This document shows, piece by piece, positions 14,826 to 29,184 of a stretch of 124,000 bases of DNA (its first letter is position 1; each line of letters opens with the position of its first letter). Location: assembly GCA_951406725.2 (NCBI GenBank), contig OX597817.1, positions 117,820,001-117,944,000 of the forward strand. Direction: 5' to 3'. Below the pieces are notes generated by a model, which did not search any database, had not been told where the DNA came from, and saw only the letters and a list, made by a program, of their open reading frames with translations. The translations under genes and the position numbers were made by a program. Source of the DNA: Octopus vulgaris. Lineage: Eukaryota.

Positions 14826-15676
14826 GTGTGTGTTTGTATCAAAAAGTTCTTGGACTATTTATGTTCAATAAAAAAAAAATCATATATACCTGAGTTTAAC
14901 ATCATCTCCTTAGAAATATTCACGTCGGGAGCGTTCCTGCGTTTTGCTGTGGATCTTAACAACGGTGTTAAAACAGTGACCTTTGAGCTGCATTTTCATC
15001 TTGGGGATGAGATAGAGGTCCTCAAGTGCTAAAAATGGCGGCGAATAGGGCGGGTACAGAAGTGATACCATGTTGTTTAATGCGAGAAACTCACGAGTGA
15101 GAAGAGCATGGCGACAGGTGGCACTAGTCATCATAAAGAATCCTATTTTTTGCCATCCACAGTCCCGGTCACTTTTGCCGAATATCCCTTACACGCTTCA
15201 AAGTGTGACTGTAGAACTCTCGATGGACGGCCCAGCCCTGGAGGGCGAATACTCGATGCAAAGAACCACATTTACAGGGGTGATCAACGTGGCATATCTT
15301 CCAGACCGCTCATCGTCTTCCAGGGACACTCTTCATTTTTTGAAGCGCTCGTGCCTCTCGAAACTTTGCGTACAACCTACCGCTTCGTCGCCATACGCTT
15401 GCCTAAGCATACGCAATGTCTCTGTAGCTGATTTTACAAGTTTAACGCAAAATTTCACGTTGGATATTGGTCCCTGTCCATGACAAATTCGCAGACTTCA
15501 TCATACGCATAATCACAAAAACACAAACTTAGCAACTTGCGAAGTTAACACAGCAATATCACTCGGTACTCCGCCTAATAAAGGTCACTGCCGGCTCTCA
15601 CTGCGTACACAACATTGTGCTGCCATCTGTTGGCGCGCTACAGAATGAGTCCGGAATGTTTTAATACCATCTCGTA
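14826..15676 (-). mobile_element. Mariner transposon remnant
   Basis: YPPYSPPFLALEDLYLIPKMKMQLKGHCF matches the YSPDLAP region. Degenerate TIRs at both ends. Confidence 0.8.
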
Positions 15677-16109
15677 GTTACATGCTGGAGAATGTTTTAA
15701 AAAATAAAGATTCAGTAAGAAACTATATTTGAGGCTTTGTTTTATATACTAATATTGAAAGCCTGTGCATATACTCAGTATATATCTTACGACAGCTTCA
15801 AATTAGTATTTGAATATTTTTCTCGTTTCAGTGATTTTTTGTTAAGACAGCACATGTCTTAATTATGAGCAGGATTCAGACTCCCTGTGCCATACAGTAT
15901 TGGATATATATGATACTTAGAATGGTAAAATATTGATTCCCACAGAAAATTGTGATAGTTTCATCAATAATTCACGACAAACTGTTATCATTGCAAAATC
16001 TCACCTCAAATGTATTTTCCGACGTATCGATGCTGATTCATAGTTTCATATGTAGGTGACTCTCCTTGTATGTGTTTGTGTGTGTATGTACTTATGTACT
16101 TATATATAT

Positions 16110-16331
16110 ATATATATATATATAAAGTTAATCCAAATAAGAAAGCACAAAACACACAACAACGCGAGGACGTGGAACAAATATAGTATTATTGGACGCT
16201 CAGGAAAGTAGGAAGGAAGGAGGGTTTAACGTTTCGAGTGGAGCTCTTCGTCGGAAACATAGGAAAAGGAAAGATCCAGAGAAGGGAAGACAAAGGAAAT
16301 AATCGCCAACGGTACACATGCGGTCACATTT
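16110..16331 (-). mobile_element. PLE pLTR fragment (CCGACGA family)
   Basis: Homologous to 6190-6365. Contains a hammerhead-like motif at 16224-16258. Flanked by (TA)n. Confidence 0.7.
16224..16258 (-). ncRNA. Hammerhead-like motif (U4 changed to C)
   Basis: GUUU-CCGACGA-A-GAG(CUCCA)CUC-GAAA-CG-UU-AAAC. Palindromic AACGUU stem III. A more decayed copy lies at about 6290-6322. Confidence 0.55.
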
Positions 16332-16332
16332 A

Positions 16333-16409
<77 letters not shown>

Positions 16410-16468
16410 GAGAGAGAGAGATAGATAAATGTGACAGCGTGTGTACCGTGTGTACCGCGTGTGTACCG

Positions 16469-18178
16469 AAAGGGATTATATCACCAACTTCAAATGCGAG
16501 CCTAGCCTTTTTTTGGCTTTCCTAAAATCCATAAAAACAAATACATCACCGAAGCCTGCAAACTCTCTTCTGGCATCCACATCAACATCAAAACACCGGA
16601 GGACCTAAAACTAAGGCCCATCGTGGCTGGAACCTCCTGTGAAACACACCGCCTGACTAATTTCCTAGACATCCTTTTGCAACCTTTCCTTACCCACATC
16701 AAATGTTTCATTAGGGATGATCTGGACATGCTCAAACACCTCCCGAAAACAGTTAATGAGGAGGCGCTCCTGGTATCCTTTGATGTCATCAACCTCTACA
16801 CCAACATCCCACATGAATATGGTATTGAGGCAATTGATTTCTGGCTAGAAAAACACCCAGAGACATTCCCTGACCGCATTCACAAGACCTTTATTACGGA
16901 CTCACTCAAGTTCATTCTGACTAACAATTATTTCCTCTTCGACAACACACACTACCGTCAAAACTCTGGTATTGCGATGGGTACCAAGGCTGCACCAGTC
17001 CTTGCGAACCTCGTAATGGGTTTCTTCGAACTATCACTCTATGAGATATCACGCCAGAAATTTGGACATGTTTTCCACACCTACCTAATGGAAAACTGGA
17101 AAAGGTATTTGGATGATTGTTTCATCATATGGAAAGAACCTTATGAAAAACTTCTGGAATTCAACACCATACTGAACAACATACATCCCAACATCCAATT
17201 CACTATGGAATTAAGCAAACATCATCTTCCTTTCCTTGACCTCCTAATTATAAAAACACCTAAGAACCAAATCAAAACAGACATCTACCACAAACCTACA
17301 GACTCACACCAATACCTCCTCTTTAGTTCATGCCACCCAAAACACACCAAGACAAATATCCCTTTCAACTTAGCTAAAAGGGTATGCACCGTTGTCTCTG
17401 ATCCAAAAACTCAAGAAATACGCCTTCAAGACCTCAAAAAAAAAACACTATTACAACGCCAATATCCCTCCACCCTTATAGAACATGGAATAAAACGCGC
17501 CAAAGAACTAGACAACATTACACTGAAAACCACCCAAGCCAACACCACACACAACCCCAAAATACTTCCATACATTTCCACCCACAACCCTAAAAATATC
17601 GAAGCATACACCACAATCATACAAAACATCAGTCTACTGTCAACAGACCCAAAAATGAAAAACATTATAAATACACACAAAATCCTCAAATGTAAAAGGC
17701 AACACAAATCTTTAAAAAAACTCTTGACAAATGCCAAACTTCACACACCACACCACCCCTAGCAGTTAAAAAATGTGCACGCCCAAACTGTGGCACCTGC
17801 CCCTTCCTACTTGAAGGCTCTGAATTTAACTTCAAATAAGGAACGAAGTTTAAAATCAAGACCAACTTCTCCTGTTCCTCCGAGAACCTTATCTACGTTC
17901 TCACATGAGCTGGTTGCCAACATAATTATGTTGGACAAACGAGCCTCCCGTTACGTAAACGAGTAGCGGTGCATAAAGAACAAATAAACCTCCCGGAATA
18001 CCGGCAAATCCCACTGAGTGACCACATAGACTCATGCGCTAAAGACAAAAATCCCAAATTCTACACATTCCCCTTCTACCAATGTAAAGACGGAATCACC
18101 ACACAGGAGAGAATTAAGAAGGAGAATCTCTTTATTGAAAAATTCAAAACGCATCTTAATATGCAAACTCCTCGTTGA
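16469..18178 (+). pseudogene. PLE RT/GIY-YIG coding remnant
   Basis: KLRPIVAG, LVSFDVINLYTNIP, GIAMGTKAAP and RYLDDCF motifs in ORF 16623-17762. Frameshift near 17755, then in-frame TAA and TGA (17906-17908) in the endonuclease region. Confidence 0.9.
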
Positions 18179-18857
18179 TCATACTTCTTCTTTTTTCTAC
18201 CACATTCTCCATGGATGGACTAACACAAATATATAAGGATACCATGCAGTCATCACCTCAAGCTAAAACTTATATTCTTTAAATATCATTATTATTACTG
18301 TTGTTATTATTATTATTTTTTATTATATATGACATAAGAATCTGAAATGTAATTATAAATTGGTTTATGCAAATTTATATAATTAGAAAACAATATGAAT
18401 AAAGTGTTAAAATCAGAATGTTAAGTTAACAAACAAATTATATAAAAAAGATAATGCAAATGAAGCTAAAATGATAATTTTATAATTTAAGTTTTATCAA
18501 CACCCTTTATTACAAAAAATTGATAAACACAAATTGAAGAGCTTAAAACCCATAGAGTTGTCTCCCCTTATTCACAACACAGGAACGGGACTACCACTAC
18601 TTCCTGTTTTGCCAGGCACTTAAGAGACACTCTTAATTAAATTAAACAACACATGGATTTAATCCCATTGGATCTCAATGCTTCAAGGTAATATTTTCGT
18701 GAACAATCATTAAACTCAAGATACACAAAGACCTTATAATGTATCGGAGTACCTAATTTTTAGTGTTTGTATATATTTATTTTTATTTCTCTGCAAAAAA
18801 CAATTTAATTTTCTTTTTTCCCCCTCCTCACATTTAAAAAAAAAATCTTTTCTTTAC

Positions 18858-18899
18858 AATTCTTGAAAAGTCACATTATGACGAAAACCGGTTTGAATT
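18858..18899 (+). ncRNA. Hammerhead-like motif, U3-A8 variant
   Basis: AAUUC-UUGAAAA-GUCA(CAUUA)UGAC-GAAA-ACCGGUU-U-GAAUU. Confidence 0.72.
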
Positions 18900-19053
18900 A
18901 ATATATATATATATTTTATAAAATTTTTCAAAAACGTTTCCATACACCCATTTTCATTAAAATTTTCTTTCAATTTAGCATTCTGCCTTTTTACAATTTT
19001 TCCTTGCTTATCATTTCTCCACGTGCGGTCAACACAACCCCATCATTTATTGA

Positions 19054-19126
<73 letters not shown>

Positions 19127-19128
19127 GA

Positions 19129-19163
<35 letters not shown>

Positions 19164-20130
19164 CATACATACATACATATATAAGTAATGTTCGTAGCCA
19201 CTTCATCGTGGTTTCATATATTACGAGCAGAGGCAAGCTACTGCCATCTCTAGCAGATGAGGCGTCTAGTACTGAAGAGAGACGAAATAGCCCCAAACCA
19301 GGCTGGTCTGCTAGTCCTGTTGCTAAAAGGTAGTGGGAGTTCAGGAGTTATCCACTCTAGGTTCAGAAATTGCACTAAAATCTGTAGGAACGGGCAGCCA
19401 TGTTGAAGTGATTACGAACATTACTAGTTAGTACAACTACTGCGTTGATCTCTTATTGAGATTTTGGAACTAGCATTGTTGCCTTTGCACACACACACAC
19501 ATACAGGATGTGACGCACGGACAACAGTGGGAATCAAAGCAATAACACGTGTTCAATCGTAATATGTTATAGCAGACTCCACGTGAACGTGACTGTGCCC
19601 CCCTGTTGCCCGCATCGTGCCTGCTACCGATAGCACCCTGTGCACTGGAACGAAATCCCGTTTGCCGCCTTCTGGAAGCTTGCGAGTCACCGGAGTAGGA
19701 ACAACCATGCTCTAGGCCAGTGTACCACAAACAGGCATGCTGAGGCACACTGGTTTTCCACCAGACGATATTAGGTGTATTGCAGCGTAACATGAATATA
19801 ATTGTTTTCCCTATAGTTTTTGTTTTATTGTTACTTCGTGTATGCCGCAAGTGAAAAAAAGGTTTCAGAGCACTGCTCGTGGTGACCGTCGAACTCTAAG
19901 GGATCTCCGACCACTATGACGCTTGCTCTATGAAAGTTGCGAACAGGTCCAAACCGAACGTCTGATCGTTTTTGTTTTTCGTCATCGGGGAACAACTTTT
20001 CCCATTTAGATGATACAACACCAGTGCTGTTTTGAATGCGTTGTGTTTGTTCATCCAAAATAATCCCGCAGAGTTTCTCAAAAGCACGAGACCTTGTTTA
20101 TAAGAATCACTCCTACTACTACTACTAATG

Positions 20131-20165
<35 letters not shown>

Positions 20166-20294
20166 ACTACTACTACTACTACTAATAATAATAATAATAA
20201 TAATAATAACAACAACAACAACAATGATAATAACAACAACAACAATAACAGTAACAACTGTCAGAACAATAATAATAATATCAATAATAATAAA

Positions 20295-20890
20295 CGACTG
20301 CAGCATGAAATCTAATAAACCAGATGTTCTTGTGAAAGACCAAAATAATAAAATTTGTTTATTGACTGACAGGAGCGTACCTTGTGATCATAATATCTCG
20401 GTAAAAGAATTTGGTAAGCTTAGAAAAATACAAAGATTTGTTGATTGAAATCGAAGTAAATGTGGCATCTCAAGGCATTTAAAACACCAGTGATTGTAGG
20501 AGTATTTTGAATGAACAAAAAAGGAACTGAAAATTACTTGAGCATGATCCCTGGCATGCCGTCCATGCGAGAAATGCAAAAGATTGTCTTAACTGGTACA
20601 TCACTCGTATTGTGAAGAGCATTGGGGCTGTGAATTTTCTTTCCTTTTTTCCTTTCACTTTCTTAGTTTTTTCTTACTTTTTTAATTTGTTTTTTTTTTC
20701 TTGTATCTTTCTTATCTCTGTCTTTTTTCCATCACATGCCTTTGTAAATGGACCATCTGATGTCATTATTTTAATGTGCCCATTAATGTATACATTAAAA
20801 AGTATACAGTGAGTGTGCCAATGTATACAGTTTTTGCTCCCGGTGTCGGGAAGACACTCAGCAAGAAATGGAAACAAAACTGAAATAAGA
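20295..20890 (+). mobile_element. R4/Dong-like non-LTR retrotransposon 3' fragment (restriction-like endonuclease)
   Basis: NKPDVLVKDQNNKICLLTD.SVP.D.NISVKE...KYKDL.IEI..MW, MQKIVLTGTS. Adjacent to (AAT)n. Confidence 0.8.
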
Positions 20891-21579
20891 AGATAATGGT
20901 AACAATTATAATAATAATGGTGACGCTGACGATGAAGATGATGACCAAGATGATGACAAGGACTATGATGACGTTAATGATGATGATGATGTCGATGATG
21001 ACGATGTCGATAATGATGATAACGATGATGGTGATGATAAAAATAAGTGATATTGGGGCAAATGAAATCAAGAAAATGTGGATTAAGCTTTTTGTGATAT
21101 GACAGAGTTAAGAATTTAATTAAAAATATGATAATCATAATCTAAATAGCATTTAGTCGTGTGACCCTCTCACCCACCCCATATTAAGGTTTGTCACGAC
21201 AATTGTTCTCCTGGGTATATTTTTGTTAAGTAGATAGTAAAACTTCAACGGCCTTAAATGCTCATTGCATGCATATCAGGAATTTTCTCTTAATCTATCC
21301 TCTTCAATAAATAATTCGTGTTTCTAGATTAATTTGTCATCAGGACGTAGCTTCATTAAAATATAATATGGTCATCAGCTCTCCGCTACTCAACTTTACG
21401 ACTGAATTTGTTCCATTTTGAAGTGTCTCAACTCATCTGAGTGTCGTTCTTTTATTTGATGTTTACGCCTTTCGCACAATCTGTTATATTTTGAAAGTTT
21501 TCTCGTTCACCTTCGTTTCCTCCCTTGTTTCACAAAATAATGGTGTAATGTTTCTTTTTAGTGGGGAGCACAAGTGTAC

Positions 21580-21986
21580 ACTCTTTACTCTTTACTCTTT
21601 ACTTGTTTCAGTCCTTTGACTGCGGCCAGGCTGGAGCGCCGCCTTTAGTCGAGCAAATCGACCCCGGGACTTATTCTTTGGAAGCCTAGTACTTATTCTA
21701 TCGGTCTCTTTTGCCGAACCGCTAAGTGAAGGGGACGCAAACACACCAGCATCGGTTGTCAAGCAATGCTAGAGGACAAACTCAGACAAACATGTACACA
21801 CACATGCATATATATATACATAGGACAGGCTCCTTTCAGTTTCCGTCTACCAAATCCACTCACAAGGCTTTGGTCGTCACGAGGCTATAGAAGAAAACAC
21901 TTGCCCAAGATGCCACGCAGTGGGACTGAACCCGGAACCATGTGGCTGGTTAGCAAGCTACATACTACACAGCCACTCCTGCGCCT
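21580..21986 (-). mobile_element. tRNA-derived SINE
   Basis: Same family, least diverged copy. Confidence 0.88.
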
Positions 21987-22875
21987 ATTGTTGCTTTAAC
22001 ATGGACGCAACTTCCTCACCTTTTTTTCACAATTTACACACAGGTATACAGATATATGTACGTATGCATGTATATATGTGAGTATGCGCTTATGTGTGTG
22101 TGGGATGCATGTGTGTGCGTTCCTGTGTGCGTAAAGTTGACCAGAAAATACTCATAAACAGGAGGTTATCCTAGTAATTCCAATTCAGAAATAAGTGTAT
22201 TTGTTTTCTCCGTAAAATTTATAATCATATACTCTCGCTGAAAATTTCATATTTAAGAAACCTGTGATTAATTGTACCGCTCTACTATCTTGATCATAAA
22301 TGAAACCAAGGAAATAGACTCAGTCAATAGAGCGAATTAATAAGTAAAATAAGTGTAACTGCTTAACAATTTTGTGATGATAAATGCGTTAAAAACAATA
22401 CAAAACGAAATGGAATGCAAAATAATCAGTAGACCATTTATTAAGGACCAAAACAAACAAAAGCAAAACAAAATACGCACAGAACTTCGTAAAAACAACA
22501 GCACCTACGTCATTTATAAAGATACGTCAGAGAGAATGATTTTCGCAGCAAAATACTGCTTTCTATGATCAAACATTACCACAGACTTTTCAGTTTCTAT
22601 ATTTTTCCTCTCTTTAAACATCAAAATATAAATATAATCTTTATTTGGAATATAGTGTGACAAACTTTATACAACAATATGTCAGTAACTAAATTCAAAT
22701 CTAAAGATCATAGAAAATGTGTCAGACACTGTTGCCAACCATAATGGTTATTGATTTTTACGCTGACGACGAATAATTTCATTATTATTTATTTTATTTC
22801 TTCCTGCTCACAGGCCTATGATGTTCTGACGTTGTTTCCATGACATTTGTTCAGGTTATAACTTGTTAAATTACA

Positions 22876-22973
<98 letters not shown>

Positions 22974-23418
22974 TCATTTATATACATATATGTATGTATA
23001 TATATATATATACACATACATATATGTGTATATATATACATACAAAGATATGTATATATATATATATATATATATACAGACACATATATATATATATATG
23101 TATATATACGTATGTGCATATGTATATATGTTCAAATATATTACGCACTCAAAGGAATGAGGAGGAGCGTATTACACTTATTAATTAGTTACGATCGTTT
23201 GATAATTAGTGAAATTGTTACGTCAATTAACACAGTGATATATATACAAATAAAAATATTATGCAAATACTTACAATATTAAAGAAATAAATGAAAATTC
23301 CATCACTTCTTCAGACTGGACATTAGACTAATATCTGTATTATTTGATTAATGAAATATAATGAAATATAATGGAACATCACCCCACACACACACATACA
23401 CACACACATATCTATCTA

Positions 23419-23515
<97 letters not shown>

Positions 23516-26500
23516 AAACACTATCGGTTGCCGACAATGGTTGATATACGATATCTCATCATTGTGGTTTATCAATACCAGAGAAAGGTAGAAGCATATA
23601 TGTGCGCGCGCGTACGTTTGCGTGTGTGTGCGCGTTTTGTGTGTGTGTGTGTGTCATACATTTGATAACATTGATTGGCTGTTAAAAAAGCCAATAATAA
23701 CAATAACGAAAGGGATTAGAGACAGCTAATCCGAAATATCTTACATCATTTGCGGTAACAGGAAATTTAACAACGTATATGCTCTTAAAGTTTAACAAAC
23801 AGTTTAGCTGACAGCAACTTACGAGAGTATCGAGAAACAATGTTTCGTTTAGATGTTCATATAATTGAAACATTTTATTAGCAACAAACGAAGTGCCGCG
23901 TCTTGGTCTTCTGAAATTATTTTGAGTGTTTATTTTCTGTTAGAGACTAGCTTGTAATGGAGATTATATCGTAATGATATCTAAGCTATATAACAGAAGT
24001 TCTATATATCCACCCGAAGGATGTTCTGTAATAATCATATAAATCTCATTAAGTACAAAGTCTTTAACTTTGAAGGTGCCATTAACTTAACTGAGGACTA
24101 ATTTTGAGGAACATCCATAGACCTAGAGTTCAATACATGAGAGCCAAATTTTCATTTCTTTAATTAAATAAAATTATATAGAGCAATAATCTCACTGCCA
24201 TTGCTTTACTAATGACTGATATATAATATTAGAATTATAATCTGCTATCTACCCCATTCAAATCAGATTTTCGATAAGAAGACACTTTAGTAAATTAAGC
24301 TGAATAAGTAGCTGTAAGCAATCGTAATCCAGGAACATAAAGTTAATACGGGTAATAGGAAATTTATTACCCATGAATGTGATAAGGCTTACAGTCCCTT
24401 CTATGTGGATATTAAAATTAATATAGTAAGCTTATTTCATATGAAGTTAATATGGGTCATCTCCGCCATCCTTCTGAATATTAAGAGAGTTATTGGATAA
24501 AACGCTTGGCCCTTCAAGATAAGTATTTCCTTAATACACGTATGTTAAAAGAAAACGAAAATTCAATCGGTGCTGCTGTTATAACCTGTTGCTTGTATGC
24601 AGCATGACGCTGATCAACGTACGTAAATCTAACGAAGTGGGGTACCCAAAATCTGTCATGCGCGAAGCTGACTTTTTTGCAGTATGTCAAAACACCCGCA
24701 TTAATATTCCAGATGGCACTATTCACTCACACGGCCGATAGAATAGTTATACACTTGTATCTAAAGGTCACACGCAGATATATTATAAATGTAAGTCATG
24801 TTTTTACACACACTGGCTAGAGTAATCTCATATAGATAACCAACTACTTGGTTGATATAACAGCACAGATTATCGACTACACTAGCAAATCGATGGTGTT
24901 CAACTGGATAAAATCATATATGAAGGCATCAAGAAACCGTAAAGTTTGTAAGGAGAAAAGAACAACTCCCCTGCTTCAATCAAAATTAATCAGTGAACTG
25001 CCAAGCTCTCAAAAATATATATTTGCTTGGGACCTGCAAGTATAGGTTCGTTCTATTCTCTTAGAATATTCCCGAAATAATTGAGCGGTTATAGGCATTT
25101 TTCTTGGACTAACTGGAGTATTCTCCTCCATTATACTCCCTTACTCTCTTCTTTTGTCCTCAACATAGTTTTACACATAATTACACACTAACAACACAGC
25201 ACTCTCCCCTATATATAGCAAGGCTGCCTACTCGTGAAAAGTTATAACACTCCTAGACATAATATTCCTAGTGTTATATCTAATAACTTGTCATAAGTGC
25301 TTTATGTGGTCCAAAGAAATAAATCTAATAATAAACTTCCTAGCTTTTCCCTTCCTCATACTTAACATTCCACCTTCCATCTTACGTACATTTCCAGACA
25401 GAGTTTGACACAATTTTAATATAAATTTTTATAGTTAATCCAAGGACATGTGCCGCAAAACTTAATAGATTATTGATGACATTCGTAAAGACGAATGCTA
25501 TCTCCCAATAAATACACATTTACAAAGAACTTTATTCTCGTGTTTTAGAGACTAAACTACTTTTCTGAAACACATACCTTCACACAAATTTTAACCTACT
25601 GCTGATATCCAGACACATGTATACATGCATTTATATGCGCGCACACATAACTATATACACATTTGTATATCTCTATCTCTACTAACACACACGCACATGC
25701 GTGTATGTGTGTAAAGAGAGACAGAGTAGCAGCCTAGATACCTATATTTATGACTATATAATATGTTCTATTACATACTGCCGTATATGTCCACATGAGA
25801 CATTTAACGACACAAATGTTATTGCATAAAGGGAAGAATTATAAAAAATTATTCGTGCATTTTACTTAATAAAATTTTTTTCTTTCTTCAATTAGTGTCG
25901 TGCACTATACAGATTCCAATTAGTATATCTATATTCTTAATAACCAACATAATGTACTTTTATCCAATAAAACGTAAAATTGATTATCTTGTGCATGTAT
26001 ACATGGTCTTTTACTTTGTAAGGTTGAAATGGTATGGCGTAAAAGTACAACTCTCATTTTCAGCCAGACCACGCTGAATAAACTAGCGCTTTAACGAAGA
26101 TATTCTTCAAATTATGAACACAAAGGCGTCTTGAATATTAAAGCAAAATAATTATTGAAAGACGGTGTTTCTTTGAAGCAAGTATTGCAACTGTAGAAAG
26201 TAATCAGTACGATATAACAAAAAGTCACTGTCATTTATTTCACATTCAAATTCATTTTAGAATATATAATTACAAAACATGCTTCACATTCACGCTAGTC
26301 TATAGATGACTTGGTGACAACTTCATCGAATTCTTTAATTTCCTGGCATTTATAGATGCTAGCGCTGTAATATTCTAAAAGTAGTGACCGACCAATACTA
26401 CTAAAATGTGATGTGCATGCTCAATATTTTTGTAGATTATTCTTCCAATGTTACGCCGTGAAGTGCAACATAACAGCATAAGAATAACGCCCACAAAATG

Positions 26501-26610
26501 TTTTTCGGTCGTTCCAGTTATCACTAATAACGTGTCAAATGCCTAATGTCATTCGCCTAATTGTAATTAACTGCATTGTAGATAGTTACATTTGTTTCAT
26601 CTTTTTTCCT

Positions 26611-26740
26611 TTTCTTCTTCTTCTTCTTCTTCTTCTTCTTCTTCTTCTTCTTCTTCTTCTTCTTCTTCTTCTTCTTCTTCTTCTTCTTCTTCTTCTTCTT
26701 CTTCTTCTTCTTCTTCTTCTTCTTCTTCTTCTTCTTCTTT

Positions 26741-26805
<65 letters not shown>
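26611..26805. repeat. Compound (CTT)n(CTA)n microsatellite
   Basis: Directly visible. Confidence 0.97.
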
Positions 26806-27074
26806 TGACTACAATATTACTGTAGGATTCATTTTCCCATGGACAAAATACTTGGTGGCATTTCACGTTCAAATACCGGTAAGGTCAAGTTTGCCTCCCA
26901 GCTATTCGGAGTTGATAAAATGAGTGTCATTTCAGCACTTTATCGATGTGCACAACGTCTCCTTCCTCTCAAACTTGCTGGTCTTGTGCGAACATTTGTA
27001 ATCATCATCATCATAAACATTTTACTTCGCTGAACCCATGATTATACTTGTTCCGATTAATTCTTTAAGACCGG

Positions 27075-27370
27075 AAAGCAGCTTATTGTCAAAGGGCTAA
27101 AAGTATCTTTCCAAGATACATAGCATCCAAGTGTCTATCTCAAAGTTCTCGTTATCCTCAACAGAGCAATTTTCTGAGCATTTTCTTCCCCCATGTCACT
27201 TTCCAATTTCCATTATACTTGCTTCAAATAATTCATTAAGACAGGACAGCAAATTATTATCGAAGGGCTAAAAGTATCTCTTTCCAAGATATTTACCATC
27301 AAGGTACCAATCTCAAAATTTTCGTTATCCCCAAAAGAGCAATTTTCTTAGTATATTCTTCTTTCATGTC
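27075..27370 (+). repeat. Diverged direct duplication, period about 170 bp
   Basis: AAGGGCTAAAAGTATCT...CTCAAA...CGTTATCC...AGAGCAATTTTCT occurs twice. Confidence 0.7.
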
Positions 27371-27714
27371 AATTACAATTTCTCCGACTCATTTCTTAAA
27401 CCTAGTCGTTAGTGTTGTCAGTGCCCCTACAAATACTCGGATTACAGTTATTCCGTTCATTGCCAACATTCATGCAGTTTGGTCTTTTGGTAGCTTGTAC
27501 ATTTCAGTATTTTCCAGCATTATTATTATTGCTGTTATTATTATTACTTTTAATCTGCATGTTTGTTACAATCACTCTCCGAGACACACTCAGCGTCTTG
27601 GGGCGAGTGAAGGATAAGAGATATTACAGTCTGAGAGAAAGCTTGGGTAGGGGTGGTAGAGGATACAACACAAAAGTTTAAATGAACAGGGTCTTTTCTA
27701 AAGATATGGGCAGT

Positions 27715-28151
27715 ACAAAATGCAGTATATTTAAGAGACCAAAAAAGTAAATGCAAAAAAGATATTTTCTTCAAACTTGGCATGAAGGAAAGAAAGATTA
27801 TTTGGTTTCTCAAGAAGTATTTTTTTGGCTTAACTTCGTTTAACAAAACCAAAAATTTTATTGAAATAAAGGCATGCTTAATTATTTTTTAACGAAAAGA
27901 AAACACGTTTCGTTCCTGCCACGCTTACTTTTTAAACCATGTTTGTGTTCTCCCGAATATAATCGTTTTTCTTTGAAATGGAAAAAAGTGTATCTTTATT
28001 TCTTTTTTTTTGCTGGTGTCTCAAATTTAGATTAAATCAGTGTTTCTCAAAGGGGAGGCATATGCGACGGCCGGACAAGTTGGTTTGAGAAAATTTGATT
28101 TAAATATCTGACAACCTAGCACCGTCCATTGGATGGAGGGCGTTTTGCTCG

Positions 28152-28152
<1 letters not shown>
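27715..28152 (+). mobile_element. Non-autonomous Helitron-like 3' fragment
   Basis: Homologous to about 85040-85262. Hairpin CCGTCC-ATT-GGATGG then CTCGT. Confidence 0.6.
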
Positions 28153-28212
<60 letters not shown>

Positions 28213-28215
28213 TTA

Positions 28216-28252
<37 letters not shown>

Positions 28253-28844
28253 ATATACATACATATGTATGTATACATGATTAACAAGTGTTTCCTAATA
28301 TAAAATAAATTTCTTTTAGATTGATATGCTAGATCGAGAATACAATAGGAAATATTTGTATATTATTAATAGGTTTGAAAACAATGTAACATAAAAGATA
28401 AATGGAAACTATAGTTTCACACCTGTATGATTGCGAAATATTAGATAATTTGATATCGTGTTCGCTACTTGTATATTAAGGATGCAAATTGATACTTGTC
28501 AATGTAAAACATATATACCACGCAGGATCGACTGCTACAGTTATGAAAGAAACTATCTGTACACAAACCAGCTGTGGAGCAGGAACGCTCATTTAGAGAC
28601 CGGAAATATTGAAGCACTTATGTATATGTTATATCATGATATGTCATTAAAATTATTTGCCAGCCACATAAAGTTCGGAAATTGAAGTCTCGAAACTAAT
28701 CATTTCCTTCTAGTCGCGAATATCAAAGTGTTTACTCTTATGTTTCTAAATGTTAAAATTCAAATTTATTCGTTAATCCAACTCAATGAACATTAATGGT
28801 TGTAAGCAAGAAGGAAAATATCTACGACATACACATTTAGCTAC

Positions 28845-28877
<33 letters not shown>

Positions 28878-29146
28878 ATGTACATATATACACATATATG
28901 TTTCTGCCTATATGTGTGTATGTGTGTGTGTGTTTGTGTGACTGTGTGTATCTGTGTGTGCATCGCTTAGCTTGATTTTGACGCGTTGCTGCGTGGTAAG
29001 AAATTTGTTACCCTGCTGCTTGCTCCAAGTTCATTTCCACCGCGTTGCATCTTAGACAAGTATTTTCTGTGAAAGTCTTTGGACGGCCAATGCTCTGGGA
29101 ATGGATTTCTTGGAAGAAAATTGAAAGACGCCCGCCTAACACATAC

Positions 29147-29184
<38 letters not shown>

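Larger units (their letters stand above)
16469..19056 (+). mobile_element. Penelope-like retroelement, family A, copy 2 (5'-truncated)
   Basis: RT core plus GIY-YIG, ~875-nt 3' region with a hammerhead-like motif, ends ...ATTTATTGATCT followed by (TA)n. Confidence 0.93.

Noticed and set aside
19250-19290. CAGAUGA and CUGAAGA followed by GAAA, resembling a hammerhead
   Set aside because: Stems I and III cannot be formed convincingly.
11930-21986. SINE heads as tRNA genes
   Set aside because: They have A and B boxes but no complete cloverleaf, and they continue into SINE bodies.
24600-24760. 47-aa ORF MTLINVRKSNEVGYPKSV... on + and 70-aa ORF on -
   Set aside because: Short, no recognisable motif, no splice support.
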